64,000 nt of DNA from an uncultured Candidatus Saccharibacteria bacterium (GTDB lineage: Bacteria; Patescibacteriota; Saccharimonadia; Saccharimonadales; UBA10212), in contig OZ246413.1 of the NCBI GenBank assembly GCA_965231085.1, positions 539,234 through 603,233 on the forward strand, in the 5' to 3' direction. A model generated the notes under the pieces. The model saw only the letters and a program-made list of their open reading frames with translations. It was not told the DNA's origin and ran no database searches. Within the stretch, counting starts at the first letter, position 1. Each line of letters starts with the position of its first letter. Shown in pieces: positions 34,229 through 43,979 of this stretch. The position numbers were made by a program, and so were the translations under genes.

Positions 34229-35096
34229 CTAATAGATAGTCAATCATTTGGTCGGATATATTGGTGCCGGTTATTTCCTGTGCTCTAGCAAAATTACATG
34301 GATAATTGAGTTCAGCAAGATATGGCTTACCGCTGATTTTATCAATCAATACGTCGGCTCCTCCGAATTCTCTACCTTTAATTTTTGAAGCGGCGACAGC
34401 GATCGCCTCTATTTCATCAGAAAACTTAGCAGGTTTTACTTGAGGTGTATCTGTGGCATTAGTTCTAAAATCATTTGCAGGCTTTATGTATTCAATTCTA
34501 TCTATTACTCGGTCGCCGAGGACAATTAACCGAGCATGCCGATAATCTTCTATGTATTTTCTTAAAACGTAATAAATGCACTCGTTATCCTCCAGCGAAC
34601 TAAGAAGGTCTTTAAGTTCACCTGGGTTTTGTATGAGTCTCACCCCTTTGCCGTGGGACAGTCCCGTGCGCTTTAAAACAGCCGGAAAACCATCTATCGC
34701 GTCTAGCCTGCTATTCAACTCCTCTTCAGAAAAATCTTTCCATAAAGCGTCAAGGTAGAGAGTAGGGATAATTGGTATCCCAGCCATCTGAAAAGCCACT
34801 GTTTCGCCCCAAGGCAATGATACCCTGATATTATTACTTGGTATAAAAAAACTTCTGGGCCTAAATTCGGAATTTCTGAGAGTTAAACTAAGTTCTATCA
34901 TCTTGGCTTTTACACCCATTTGTAATCGGTATAAAATGTCTTCTTTGGTCGTTTTGAATTTGAAAATATCATCAATTGGTAGTTCGTCTACGAAAATTTT
35001 CTTTACTTCAAGGTTTTTGCGGCTAGCCGACTCAACTAGCATGGTCTCAGCTTGGTAATTTTCAGGGTTGGTTGATGTTATTAGAAGTAGCGCCAC
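34221..35096 (-). CDS. Second RimK-like ATP-grasp ligase paralog (GTG start)
   Basis: FPAVLKRTGLSHGKGVRL, DFRTN, AELNYPCNF parallel RimK motifs. Converges on and overlaps the preceding gene by 8 nt. Confidence 0.65.
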   Translation of the reverse strand: MALLLITSTNPENYQAETMLVESASRKNLEVKKIFVDELPIDDIFKFKTTKEDILYRLQMGVKAKMIELSLTLRNSEFRPRSFFIPSNNIRVSLPWGETVAFQMAGIPIIPTLYLDALWKDFSEEELNSRLDAIDGFPAVLKRTGLSHGKGVRLIQNPGELKDLLSSLEDNECIYYVLRKYIEDYRHARLIVLGDRVIDRIEYIKPANDFRTNATDTPQVKPAKFSDEIEAIAVAASKIKGREFGGADVLIDKISGKPYLAELNYPCNFARAQEITGTNISDQMIDYLLAK

Positions 35097-35204
35097 TTAT
35101 TTCTGCGCCTTTAGAACATGCGTAAAAGTTAGCCAAAGGACAATACCCAAAACCAGAACAATTGCAATCAGCATTGGTATAAAACCTTTTTGATTTTTGT
35201 TCAT
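35097..35204 (-). CDS. Candidate 35-aa single-TM peptide immediately upstream of the ATP-grasp gene
   Basis: Hand translation gives MNKNQKGFIPMLIAIVLVLGIVLWLTFTHVLKAQK*. Its TAA is directly followed by the GTG start of 34221-35096. Confidence 0.3.
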   Translation of the reverse strand: MNKNQKGFIPMLIAIVLVLGIVLWLTFTHVLKAQK

Positions 35205-35243
35205 ATAACTACATTATGCATTCTTTTCGCACACAAATAAACA

Positions 35244-36350
35244 CTAACTAAACAGGCCTTTTTTGCCCTCTGTATGTTTTAGTTGCTCTAGTAATTCTTT
35301 TTGTGCTGTACTTAATTTGGTTGGGGTATCAACAACTATCGTGACAATGTGAGCGCCTCGAGTTGATTTATTGAGGTGCGGCACCCCATGGCCAGATAAC
35401 TTAAAGTCAGTTCCACTTTGCGTACCTGGTGGCACCTTCATTCGGACTTTTCCATCTACCGTATTAACCTCAATTTCAGCACCAAGAGCGGCATCGACCA
35501 TAGGCACGTGCTCACTCGACAAAACAAGGTCGCCCTCGCGGGTAAATTTTTTGTGAGGCTTTACTTTAACGTTTACATATAAGTCGCCTTTGGGCCCGTT
35601 GGCCATTGCTTCCCCGTGTTCTCTAAGCCTAATTGTGGCTCCGTCATCAATGCCGGCAGGAACTTTGAGTTTAATGGTCTGATTGCGTCGTTCTGTGCCC
35701 TTGCCGTGACAGACCGTGCAGATCTTTTCGGCTACTTTGCCTGTGGCTTTACATGTCGGGCAGGGTGCCGCCTGTTTTATATTGCCAAAAACTGTGCGCA
35801 TAACATTGGTTACCTGACCTTCGCCCTTACAGTTATCGCAAGTTTTTAGCTCGTGGCCAGGCTCGGCCGTAGTGCCTTTGCAATGGTTGCAGACATCTTC
35901 CATATTAAGCTTCATATCAATCTCGGTACCAAAAATTGCTTGGTCAAATGTTACTTCAACATCGGTTTCAACATCGCGACCACGGTTTGAGCGTTGTCCG
36001 CTGCCTCCGCCACCAAAAAAATTACCAAAAATATCACCTAACCCAAGGTCGCCAAAATCGAAATTGATGTTTTCGCCGCCCGAGCTAAAACCACCAAAAC
36101 CGCCACCAAAAGGATTACCATCGCTGGCCGCACTCGAACCAACCCCGGCATGGCCGAATTGGTCGTAACGTTGGCGCTTACTGGAGTCTTTTAGGACCTC
36201 GTAGGCTTCATTGAGTTCTTTGAATTTAGTCTCATCTCCGCCGCGATCTGGATGGTGTTCAACCGCCGCCCGACGATACGCTTTTTTTATTTCGTCATCA
36301 CTAGCGTTCTTACCTACACCAAGAACTTCGTAGTAATCACGTTTACTCAT
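35244..36350 (-). CDS. dnaJ: Chaperone DnaJ
   Basis: J domain [12 protein letters not shown]...HPD, G/F region, four CxxCxGxG zinc motifs. Start moved to ATG 36350. Confidence 0.95.
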   Translation of the reverse strand: MSKRDYYEVLGVGKNASDDEIKKAYRRAAVEHHPDRGGDETKFKELNEAYEVLKDSSKRQRYDQFGHAGVGSSAASDGNPFGGGFGGFSSGGENINFDFGDLGLGDIFGNFFGGGGSGQRSNRGRDVETDVEVTFDQAIFGTEIDMKLNMEDVCNHCKGTTAEPGHELKTCDNCKGEGQVTNVMRTVFGNIKQAAPCPTCKATGKVAEKICTVCHGKGTERRNQTIKLKVPAGIDDGATIRLREHGEAMANGPKGDLYVNVKVKPHKKFTREGDLVLSSEHVPMVDAALGAEIEVNTVDGKVRMKVPPGTQSGTDFKLSGHGVPHLNKSTRGAHIVTIVVDTPTKLSTAQKELLEQLKHTEGKKGLFS

Positions 36351-36918
36351 TGGCCCATCTCGCTTCGTCAGCTTCTTCCGCTCTTCGCACCTCGGCGTCA
36401 AATCCCTCGGCACTTTGAGTCGATGCCTGTCGTTTGGATCGTTCTTCAATAGCAGCTTCTGATAAGCGAAGAGCTTCGTCAAAATCTTCTTGTGTAATTG
36501 GGCGAGTATTAAACCTTAGGGCCTTGCTCTCTTCTAGCCCAACTATCTTCTCGGTTACTTCCCCTGCTTGTGGCTTAACCAAATCAAACTCATATGTCAC
36601 AGCCTTGTGTGCTCCTTCTGGTAGCACTGACTTGGCAACTACTGAGTATCTTGCAGTTCCAGAAAGGTCCCTTAGGTAACTAAAGTCAGCGTCTCCCTCG
36701 TCTCCGATTTTTTCGCTAGTTATGTTGTAGTCTTTCATGATTGGTAGGCCGTCGTCCCCCAAGGTTAGCGGCTTCTGCAATAACTGAAGAATATTTTTGG
36801 CTATTTGTTCCTGGATGGTAAGCTCTGGCTCCCAGTCCCCCGATGGAACAGGTGTTTTACTATCTGGCGAAGCTGGTTGCAAGTCGGCTGGCTGTGGCTG
36901 CCATTTTTTTTCTGTCAT
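36343..36918 (-). CDS. Hypothetical acidic protein embedded between dnaK and dnaJ (191 aa)
   Basis: Start overlaps the dnaK stop (TAATG, 36916-36920). Stop overlaps the dnaJ start (ATGAGTAA, 36343-36350). No recognised motif. Confidence 0.65.
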   Translation of the reverse strand: MTEKKWQPQPADLQPASPDSKTPVPSGDWEPELTIQEQIAKNILQLLQKPLTLGDDGLPIMKDYNITSEKIGDEGDADFSYLRDLSGTARYSVVAKSVLPEGAHKAVTYEFDLVKPQAGEVTEKIVGLEESKALRFNTRPITQEDFDEALRLSEAAIEERSKRQASTQSAEGFDAEVRRAEEADEARWANE

Positions 36919-38831
36919 TATTTATCTTCTTTTTCGTCCACGACTTCGCCTTCAACTGGTTCGTCTTTGGCTGTTTTTTTGTCGGATTTTTTTGTGTCGC
37001 TCTTATTGTCTTCTGGTTTTTCTTCTTTTTGGGCCTGTTCATACATCTTAGCACCAATTGGCATGATGGCGTCAGTCAAATCCTTGGCGGCTTTTTCTAA
37101 CTCTTCTTTATCTGTTGCCTCTAGATGTGTTTTGGCTTCAGTTACGGCTTCGTCTATTTTCTTAACATCTTCTTCTGTAATTTTTTCTTTGTAGTCAGTC
37201 TTCATTTTTTCGGCTTGGTAGACTGCATTTTCTAGATTATTTTTAGCCTCGATTGCCTCTCGCTTTTTCTTGTCTTCTTCAGCGTGGGCTTCGGCTTCCT
37301 TTGCGGCTTTTTCAACTTCGGCTTTATCCAGGTTACCGCTGCCTTGGATAGTGATGCTCTGTTCTTTCCCTGTGCCTTTATCTTTGGCCGTAACATTCAA
37401 GATACCGTTAGCGTCGATGTTAAATGTAACTTCAATTTGCGGAACGCCGCGAGGAGCAGATGGGATGCCGTCTAGAACAAATCTTCCGAGACTCTTATTG
37501 TCAGCAGCCATCTCACGCTCACCTTGCAAAACATGAATCTCTACAGAACTTTGGTTGTCGGCTGCAGTAGAGAATGTTTCGTTTTTACTTGATGGAATTG
37601 TAGTGTTGCGCTCAATTAGTTTGGTAGTTACTCCACCAAGAGTTTCGATACCCAAACTTAGCGGAGTTACGTCTAGCAGCAGAACGTCCTTGACATCGCC
37701 CTGCAATACTCCACCCTGGATGGCTGCTCCTACGGCTACAACTTCATCTGGGTTAACACCCTGCAACGGATCTTTGCCAAAAATTTGTTTCACTTTTTCG
37801 ACAACTGCTGGCATACGAGTCATGCCACCAACTAGAACAATCTCGTTGATATCACTAGCCTTAAGACCAGCGTCTTTCAAAGCCTTTTCGCATGGACCAG
37901 CCGTTTTATCAATTAATTCCTGTACAAGCTCTATTAATTTTGCTCGAGTGAGTTTGTATTCAAAGTGTTTAGGACCTTCAGCATCAGCCGTTAAGAATGG
38001 CAGGTTGATATCGGCGACTTCGGTAGTTGAAAGTTCTTTTTTGGCTTTTTCGGCTTCCTCCTTTAGGCGCTGCATAGCTGCCTTGTCGTCTTTTACATCA
38101 ATGCCGGACTCTTTCTTAAACTGATCAACGAAGTGATTAACAATCCTAAGGTCAAAGTCTTCACCACCAAGGTGGGTATCGCCGTTAGTTGAAAGTACTT
38201 CAAACACACCATCACCCAACTGCAGAACAGAAACATCGAAAGTTCCACCGCCTAGGTCGTAAACAACAATTTTTTCTTCTTTACCTTTGTCTAACCCGTA
38301 GGCTAGAGCTGCAGCGGTTGGTTCGTTGATGATACGCTTGACTTCTAGGCCAGCGATTTTACCGGCGTCCTTAGTCGCTTGGCGCTGCGAGTCATCGAAG
38401 TATGCTGGCACCGTAATTACAGCCTCAGTCACCGGCTCTCCAAGAAATGCCTCGGCATCAGCTTTAAGTTTAGATAAGATCATAGCTGACACTTCTTCTG
38501 GGCTATATTCCTTATCTGCCATTTCTACTTTCACGCCATTACCAGCTTTTACAATCTTATATGGCATTAGCTTGATATCGCGCTGGACTTCTTCTGAACT
38601 AAAGTTGCGGCCAATCAGGCGCTTGACTCCAAAGATAGTGTTGGTTGGGTTGGTAACCCGCTGGCGGTTGGCTACTTGGCCAACGAGACGCTCACCATTT
38701 TTATTAATAGCCACTACGCTTGGGGTAGTTCGGTTACCCTCAGAGTTTGCAATAATTTCTGGTTTGCCAGACTGCATTACAGCCATGGCGCTGTTAGTTG
38801 TACCCAAATCGATCCCTATAATTTTACTCAT
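36918..38831 (-). CDS. dnaK: Chaperone DnaK (Hsp70)
   Basis: [18 protein letters not shown], canonical throughout. Confidence 0.97.
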   Translation of the reverse strand: MSKIIGIDLGTTNSAMAVMQSGKPEIIANSEGNRTTPSVVAINKNGERLVGQVANRQRVTNPTNTIFGVKRLIGRNFSSEEVQRDIKLMPYKIVKAGNGVKVEMADKEYSPEEVSAMILSKLKADAEAFLGEPVTEAVITVPAYFDDSQRQATKDAGKIAGLEVKRIINEPTAAALAYGLDKGKEEKIVVYDLGGGTFDVSVLQLGDGVFEVLSTNGDTHLGGEDFDLRIVNHFVDQFKKESGIDVKDDKAAMQRLKEEAEKAKKELSTTEVADINLPFLTADAEGPKHFEYKLTRAKLIELVQELIDKTAGPCEKALKDAGLKASDINEIVLVGGMTRMPAVVEKVKQIFGKDPLQGVNPDEVVAVGAAIQGGVLQGDVKDVLLLDVTPLSLGIETLGGVTTKLIERNTTIPSSKNETFSTAADNQSSVEIHVLQGEREMAADNKSLGRFVLDGIPSAPRGVPQIEVTFNIDANGILNVTAKDKGTGKEQSITIQGSGNLDKAEVEKAAKEAEAHAEEDKKKREAIEAKNNLENAVYQAEKMKTDYKEKITEEDVKKIDEAVTEAKTHLEATDKEELEKAAKDLTDAIMPIGAKMYEQAQKEEKPEDNKSDTKKSDKKTAKDEPVEGEVVDEKEDK

Positions 38832-38832
38832 C

Positions 38833-39294
38833 TTATTTCTCCTTTCTTACTTTTACCATCGCGTGTCTAATTACATCGTCGCCCAATTTATAGCCAGACT
38901 GGAGCTCCTCGCTAACAATTTCGGTTTGACCATCGCCATCTTCCATATGCACAGCTTCGTGCAAACGAGGATCAAATATCTCACCAGCGGTCTTGATCTT
39001 TTCTACACCTAGTTCTTCTAGGGCTTTATCGAACTGCTTAACCACTCCTTGCACCCCTTTAACGTAATCGTGGCCAGCTATATCCTTTGGTGCATGCTTT
39101 AAAGCCCGCTCCAAATTATCTAGCGCCGGAAGAAGCGCGTTTAAGATTGTGGCTTTATAAAATCCGGCCAACTTAAGTTTGTCTTCTTCGGCTCGGCGAC
39201 GAACGTTCATGGCATCGGCTCGCTCGCGCTGCAGGGCCTCGGTTAGATCGCCTATCTGTTGCTGCAGATCCTGAATTGTTGGTTTTTTAGTCAT
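38833..39294 (-). CDS. grpE: Nucleotide exchange factor GrpE (short)
   Basis: [16 protein letters not shown] coiled coil and C-terminal FDPRLHEAV...[16 protein letters not shown]. Confidence 0.9.
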   Translation of the reverse strand: MTKKPTIQDLQQQIGDLTEALQRERADAMNVRRRAEEDKLKLAGFYKATILNALLPALDNLERALKHAPKDIAGHDYVKGVQGVVKQFDKALEELGVEKIKTAGEIFDPRLHEAVHMEDGDGQTEIVSEELQSGYKLGDDVIRHAMVKVRKEK

Positions 39295-39526
39295 AAAACT
39301 CTCCTAAGATCGGTTCTTTGTTAATTTTAATCGGCGGTAACGCAACGAGCTCTCGCTCCAACTGCTCTCTGTCTTCTAAGCTTAGTAGTAATGGGTCGGG
39401 GACACCCCTTTCTGCACAAAAAGCGGCAATATGATCGGCGCCTTGAGTATAAAGCCTAGCTTCAGCCTCTGCTAAGCCTATTTCAGAGTATTCTCCCGAA
39501 TTAAGACGCCGTTCAACACTATTCAT
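39287..39526 (-). CDS. Hypothetical 79-aa protein embedded between hrcA and grpE
   Basis: 8-nt overlaps at both ends (ATGAATAG 39519-39526; ATGACTAA 39287-39294). No recognised motif. Confidence 0.55.
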   Translation of the reverse strand: MNSVERRLNSGEYSEIGLAEAEARLYTQGADHIAAFCAERGVPDPLLLSLEDREQLERELVALPPIKINKEPILGEFYD

Positions 39527-40235
39527 AAAGCGTCTCCTCTAATACCTCACCGGCGCGTCCGACTAAATTCATTACATCCTTGTAGCTTTGGCGGGTTGGG
39601 CCAAGCACGCCTATGTAGCTGTTATCCGAGAATGGGCTGCGGAAACGGCTAATTATAAGTGAGGATCCGCTGTTTCGGCCAATTGGGTTTTCGCTTCCGA
39701 TATATACACTCAAAGGTTCATTTGGCGCAGCTTCATATAACCAAGGCTCGAGATTGTCCAGCAGCCTTGCGACCTCCTGAACCTGGCCAGGGTGCATAAA
39801 CTCCGGCTGGCCAAAAAGGTTAGATAAGCCGCTCATATATAGCTGATTGCCGATGGTTGCGATACCGAGGTTATGAGTTAGTTCTACGAGAGTATCCACG
39901 GCGTTTCGAATTGTACGTTCGGGCATGCCGCCGCTCGTTATGCGAGCCGACAACGCCTTCTGGGCTCGGCCTTCGGCTGAGCCTTTGGCTGGGGCTGAGA
40001 TGTTATTAACATAAAAGCGGTAGCCCTTATCAGTAGGAATGCGGCCCGCACTGGTATGTGGCTGCATAATATAGCCAGCTCGTTCAAGTTCTGCCATTTC
40101 GGCTCTAATTGTGGCACTTGATACATCAAAAGCTTTGGCCAGTAAACTACTGCCAACAGGGGCAGCGACCTCTGCATATTGCTCGACTATTGCCTGTAAG
40201 ATTTTTGATTGCCTGTTAGTCATTTCAGCACTCAT
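39519..40235 (-). CDS. hrcA: Heat-inducible repressor HrcA (short form)
   Basis: N-terminal wHTH (RQSKILQAIVEQYAEVAAPVGS...SSATIRAEMAELE..GY). CIRCE lies upstream. Confidence 0.85.
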   Translation of the reverse strand: MSAEMTNRQSKILQAIVEQYAEVAAPVGSSLLAKAFDVSSATIRAEMAELERAGYIMQPHTSAGRIPTDKGYRFYVNNISAPAKGSAEGRAQKALSARITSGGMPERTIRNAVDTLVELTHNLGIATIGNQLYMSGLSNLFGQPEFMHPGQVQEVARLLDNLEPWLYEAAPNEPLSVYIGSENPIGRNSGSSLIISRFRSPFSDNSYIGVLGPTRQSYKDVMNLVGRAGEVLEETLYE

Positions 40236-40251
40236 TATACTATAGTGCTAG
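40225..40251. promoter_or_regulatory. Second, degenerate CIRCE-like inverted repeat overlapping the hrcA start codon
   Basis: TCAGCACTC-attatacta-TAGTGCTAG, compared with the consensus TTAGCACTC-N9-GAGTGCTAA. Confidence 0.5.
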
Positions 40252-40260
40252 TTTATAAAG

Positions 40261-40287
40261 TTAGCACTCGCAAGTCAAGAGTGCCAA
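40261..40287. promoter_or_regulatory. CIRCE operator (HrcA binding site)
   Basis: TTAGCACTC-gcaagtcaa-GAGTGCCAA has one mismatch to the consensus. It lies 26 nt upstream of hrcA. Confidence 0.85.
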
Positions 40288-40297
40288 ATTACTATTT

Positions 40298-41026
40298 TTA
40301 AGCTAAGTATGCCTGCAGGTCCTGGTGTAGTTGCTTAGCTAGAAGCTTGGCTCGTTCTTGATGCGGATTTTTGTGGCCAGCTATTATTCCATCGATAATT
40401 CTTACCGAGTTATCAATATCTTCAGCAATAACCAGCTGGTAATAGTCGGTGTTTATGGCATGCATTATCTCTTTGTCTGCTGCTCGCAAACGATTAGATA
40501 TTTCAGTCGCGCTCATATTACTTTTGCCCTTAATACGTCTCTGCCACTCCATGAAGCTAGGTGGCAAAAGAAAGATGACCCTGACATTTGGGTTGGCTTG
40601 CTTAATATTATCGGCACCAACAATATCCATGTCGGTCGTAGCAATTTTATTTGAACTTTTGGCCTTTTCTAATTCTCGAATACTGATTCCCGAGACTTGC
40701 TGCTCGTGGATAATTGCTGCTTCCAGAAATTCACCCTTCTCTAAGTCTTTCAGAACCTCTTCTTCACTTCTAAAAAAATATTCGACTCCGTTTTTTTCCA
40801 TCTTGCCGTCTCTAAGCTGAGCTGGCCGGGTTGTGTCGGAAACAATAAAATGATATTTCCCGGTCTTAATCAAACTTCTAATTAAAGTATTCTTACCTGT
40901 GGAAGTTGGTGCAACAATCAAAACAAGTTCCAGACCATTTAAGACTTTTTTAGCGCGCTCCGAAATCTTGTAGTTTTTTAAGGTTTCTTTAAATTTTTCA
41001 TAATTTTTCAAACCAAAATGCTGCAT
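40298..41026 (-). CDS. Guanylate-kinase-like P-loop protein (paralog 1)
   Basis: APTSTGKNTL, SDTTRPAQLRDGKMEKNGVEYFF, KGEFLEAA follow the Gmk pattern, with a divergent P-loop and extra N- and C-terminal regions. Confidence 0.55.
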   Translation of the reverse strand: MQHFGLKNYEKFKETLKNYKISERAKKVLNGLELVLIVAPTSTGKNTLIRSLIKTGKYHFIVSDTTRPAQLRDGKMEKNGVEYFFRSEEEVLKDLEKGEFLEAAIIHEQQVSGISIRELEKAKSSNKIATTDMDIVGADNIKQANPNVRVIFLLPPSFMEWQRRIKGKSNMSATEISNRLRAADKEIMHAINTDYYQLVIAEDIDNSVRIIDGIIAGHKNPHQERAKLLAKQLHQDLQAYLA

Positions 41027-41049
41027 TGCTTAGATTATAATGGATTTAG

Positions 41050-41514
41050 ATGACCAAGCCAGCACCCGACTTTAGCCTACCCGATCAAAATGGTGTAAAA
41101 CACAGTCTCAAAGATTATCACGGTAAGTGGTTAGTCTTATACTTTTACCCTAAGGATGACACCCCCGGCTGTACAACTGAGGCATGTAGTTTTAGGGATG
41201 AACGCGAACTAATAGCAGAGCTGGGCAACGCGGAGGTGGTTGGTGTCAGTAAAGATTCTATATCCAGCCATAAAAAATTTGCCGATAAGTATAAACTAGA
41301 CTTCACTCTACTAAGTGATGAATCCGCAAAAACTTTGAAAGATTATGGAGCTTGGGAAGAAAAATCCATGTTCGGGAAAAAATATATGGGGATTACTCGC
41401 TCAACCGTAATTATTAACCCCGCCGGTAATATCGTTAAGTCTTATCCTAAAGTAGACCCCAAGCAGCACGCCGCGGAAATCATACACGACCTCAAAGAGC
41501 TACAACGCAAGTAG
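41050..41514 (+). CDS. bcp: Peroxiredoxin Bcp (thiol peroxidase)
   Basis: FYPKDDTPGCTTEACSFRD active-site motif. Confidence 0.9.
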   Translation: MTKPAPDFSLPDQNGVKHSLKDYHGKWLVLYFYPKDDTPGCTTEACSFRDERELIAELGNAEVVGVSKDSISSHKKFADKYKLDFTLLSDESAKTLKDYGAWEEKSMFGKKYMGITRSTVIINPAGNIVKSYPKVDPKQHAAEIIHDLKELQRK

Positions 41515-42186
41515 CCGAGCATATATATCATGAGCAGTCTCTTTTGCTAGTTCTTCTTTTTCTCTATCTACTATGCCCGCTGATAATTTTTTAATCTGTT
41601 GAGTAGCAATATCAAGGTCGTCGTTAAGTATAAAGTGCGTATCGCGGTCATTGAGTGCGAAGCGGAAAGACCTTTTTGCCTCGTTGAGTCGTTTATTTAA
41701 TTGGTCTGGTTTCAAATTATGCGAATCCATTCTTTGCATCCAAGCCTCGTAGCTCGGAGGTACGATAAAAGCCGTGTAGGTTCTCTTAAAGCCTAGCTGT
41801 CTGAACACCGGGACAACATCGGCGACCACAGGCATCGTTGCCAAGCCATTTTTAGGATAGGCATCAACCCTGGTAGCGTAAAAATCTCCGGCCGGACCAA
41901 TGGCCACTTGAACAAATTCACCTTTACTTAACTCGTTAAGTATATTGTCATAATCGTCTCTGAAAAACATATCTTTTCCGTCGACTTCTCCTGCTCGTGG
42001 TTCACGCGTTGTATCTGAAGGTACATATTTAATGCCCGTTCTATCAATAAGGCTGGACTTTCCTACTCCAGATGGACCAACCACAATAAGTAACTCAACC
42101 CTTTTTATTTGATCTATGACACTCTGAGCTGGCCGATAACTACCTGCCTGAATCTTGATTTGTCCCAAAAAGTCCTCTCTAGTCAC
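41500..42186 (-). CDS. Guanylate-kinase-like P-loop protein (paralog 2)
   Basis: GPSGVGKSSL, SDTTREPRAGEVDGKDMFF, KGEFVQVA. Confidence 0.6.
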   Translation of the reverse strand: MTREDFLGQIKIQAGSYRPAQSVIDQIKRVELLIVVGPSGVGKSSLIDRTGIKYVPSDTTREPRAGEVDGKDMFFRDDYDNILNELSKGEFVQVAIGPAGDFYATRVDAYPKNGLATMPVVADVVPVFRQLGFKRTYTAFIVPPSYEAWMQRMDSHNLKPDQLNKRLNEAKRSFRFALNDRDTHFILNDDLDIATQQIKKLSAGIVDREKEELAKETAHDIYARLLAL

Positions 42187-42188
42187 GA

Positions 42189-43979
42189 CTAATCCCTTTT
42201 TAGCATTACAGCAAAAGCTTCGGCCGGAATATCTACCTTGCCAAAGCGCTTCATGCGCTCTTTGCCCTTCTTCTGCTTGGCTAGCACTTTTTTCTTACGC
42301 GAAACGTCCCCGCCATATAGTCCAGTTGTAACATCCTTACGATACGCGCTCAGGTCTTCACGGGCGATAAACCTGCCACCAATGCCTGCCTGCAAGGCAA
42401 CTTTAAAGTTTTGGCGTGGAATAACCTCCTTGAGTTTAGCAACTGCCTGGCGACCTAATCTTTCAGCTTCGGATCTATGAACAATGATAGCTAGTGCGTC
42501 TACCCGATCGCCGGCAACATAGAAATCTAGGCGAACCAAATCTTCTGGTCTATAATCTTCAAGTTCATAGTTGAAGGACCCGTAGCCACTCGTGACACTT
42601 TTTAAGTCATCGTAAAAATCTGTTAGCAGGTTGGCTAGAGGTGCTTCAAAATCTATGACCGCGAGATCGGCATCAACATAGCCAATGTGTTTTTGCGAGC
42701 CCCGGGCTCCAACTATAAGCTGCAATACTGCACCGACATATTGGTTTGGGCAAACAATCTCACCTTTAACCCAGGGCTCCCTGATTTCCGAAACTAGGCT
42801 CATGTCTGGCAGCTCGGAGGCTGATTTAATATCTAGTTCTTCGCCAGCTGTGAGCTTAACCTTGTAATCGGTTGAAGGATTGGTAACGATCAGTTCTAGA
42901 TCGTACTCTCTTTCTAGCCTTTCTCTGACAATATCCATGTGCAGCAGCCCAAGAAAGCCGATCCTGACCCCAAAACCAAGAACCGGTGAATTTTCTGGCG
43001 CAAATTGCAAGGCCGAATCACTGAGTGAAAGTTTTTCGACAGCGTCTTTTAATAAATGATAGTTCTCATTACTGTCTGGAAAAAACCCAGCGTAAACGAA
43101 TGGTTGAACATTTTTATAGCCAGGTAGTGGCGCGATGGCTGAGTCTAAAGTAGACGTAACGGTATCCCCAACGCGAGCTTCGCGAGTCGATTTTAGGTTT
43201 GTTACTATGTAGCCAATTTCTCCTGTCTTGAGGTTTTGGGATTTGCTCATCGCCGGATTTAAGCTGCCAACTTCTAGTGCTATGCCTTCCGCACCGGTCG
43301 CCATCATTTTTATCTGACCATCTTTTTGAATTTCACCGTCGACAATCCGCGTGTATAAGATTACACCGCGGTAATCATCGTAGTAACTATCAAATATCAA
43401 GGCTCTGGCCGGCTTAGTTGGATCACCGCTGGGTGATGGTACTTCTGCAATCAGTCTATCTAGAAGTACATCGACGTTTTGGCCGGTCTTAGCACTAACA
43501 TGTAGAATTTCTTCTGGCTTGCAGCCTAGCAGACTTACAACCTCGGCACTTACCTTATTAACGTCAGCGGCGGGCAGGTCGATCTTATTGAGAACAGGAA
43601 TAATTTTGAGATCGGCATTAAGGGCAAGATAAACGTTGGCAAGAGTTTGGGCTTGAATGCCCTGAGTAGCATCAACCACCAAAATTGCCCCTTCCACAGC
43701 CTCAAGGCTTCGGCTGACTTCGTAGCTAAAGTCGACATGGCCAGGCGTATCAATGAGGTTGAGCTCGTAGCCTTTGTAGTTCATGCGAACCGGTGCCAAC
43801 TTGATAGTAATACCGCGCTCGCGCTCAAGATCCATCTTATCTAGTAGCTGAGCTTTCATATCTCGCATTTGTACTGTTCCGGTCAACTCCAAGAGCCTAT
43901 CGGCCAGCGTGGATTTACCATGGTCGATATGTGCAATAATACAAAAATTACGGATATGGTCCTGATTCATCAGCGTCAT
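42189..43979 (-). CDS. lepA: Elongation factor 4 (LepA)
   Basis: IRNFCIIAHIDHGKSTLADR, DTPGHVDF, NKID, and the conserved LepA C-terminus. Confidence 0.95.
   Translation of the reverse strand: MTLMNQDHIRNFCIIAHIDHGKSTLADRLLELTGTVQMRDMKAQLLDKMDLERERGITIKLAPVRMNYKGYELNLIDTPGHVDFSYEVSRSLEAVEGAILVVDATQGIQAQTLANVYLALNADLKIIPVLNKIDLPAADVNKVSAEVVSLLGCKPEEILHVSAKTGQNVDVLLDRLIAEVPSPSGDPTKPARALIFDSYYDDYRGVILYTRIVDGEIQKDGQIKMMATGAEGIALEVGSLNPAMSKSQNLKTGEIGYIVTNLKSTREARVGDTVTSTLDSAIAPLPGYKNVQPFVYAGFFPDSNENYHLLKDAVEKLSLSDSALQFAPENSPVLGFGVRIGFLGLLHMDIVRERLEREYDLELIVTNPSTDYKVKLTAGEELDIKSASELPDMSLVSEIREPWVKGEIVCPNQYVGAVLQLIVGARGSQKHIGYVDADLAVIDFEAPLANLLTDFYDDLKSVTSGYGSFNYELEDYRPEDLVRLDFYVAGDRVDALAIIVHRSEAERLGRQAVAKLKEVIPRQNFKVALQAGIGGRFIAREDLSAYRKDVTTGLYGGDVSRKKKVLAKQKKGKERMKRFGKVDIPAEAFAVMLKRD

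Noticed and set aside
36351-36482. A 44-codon N-terminal extension of DnaJ in the track ORF (MTKLFAYQ...).
   Set aside because: The J domain starts at [12 protein letters not shown] (ATG 36350). The extension merely overlaps the upstream orf191 in another frame.
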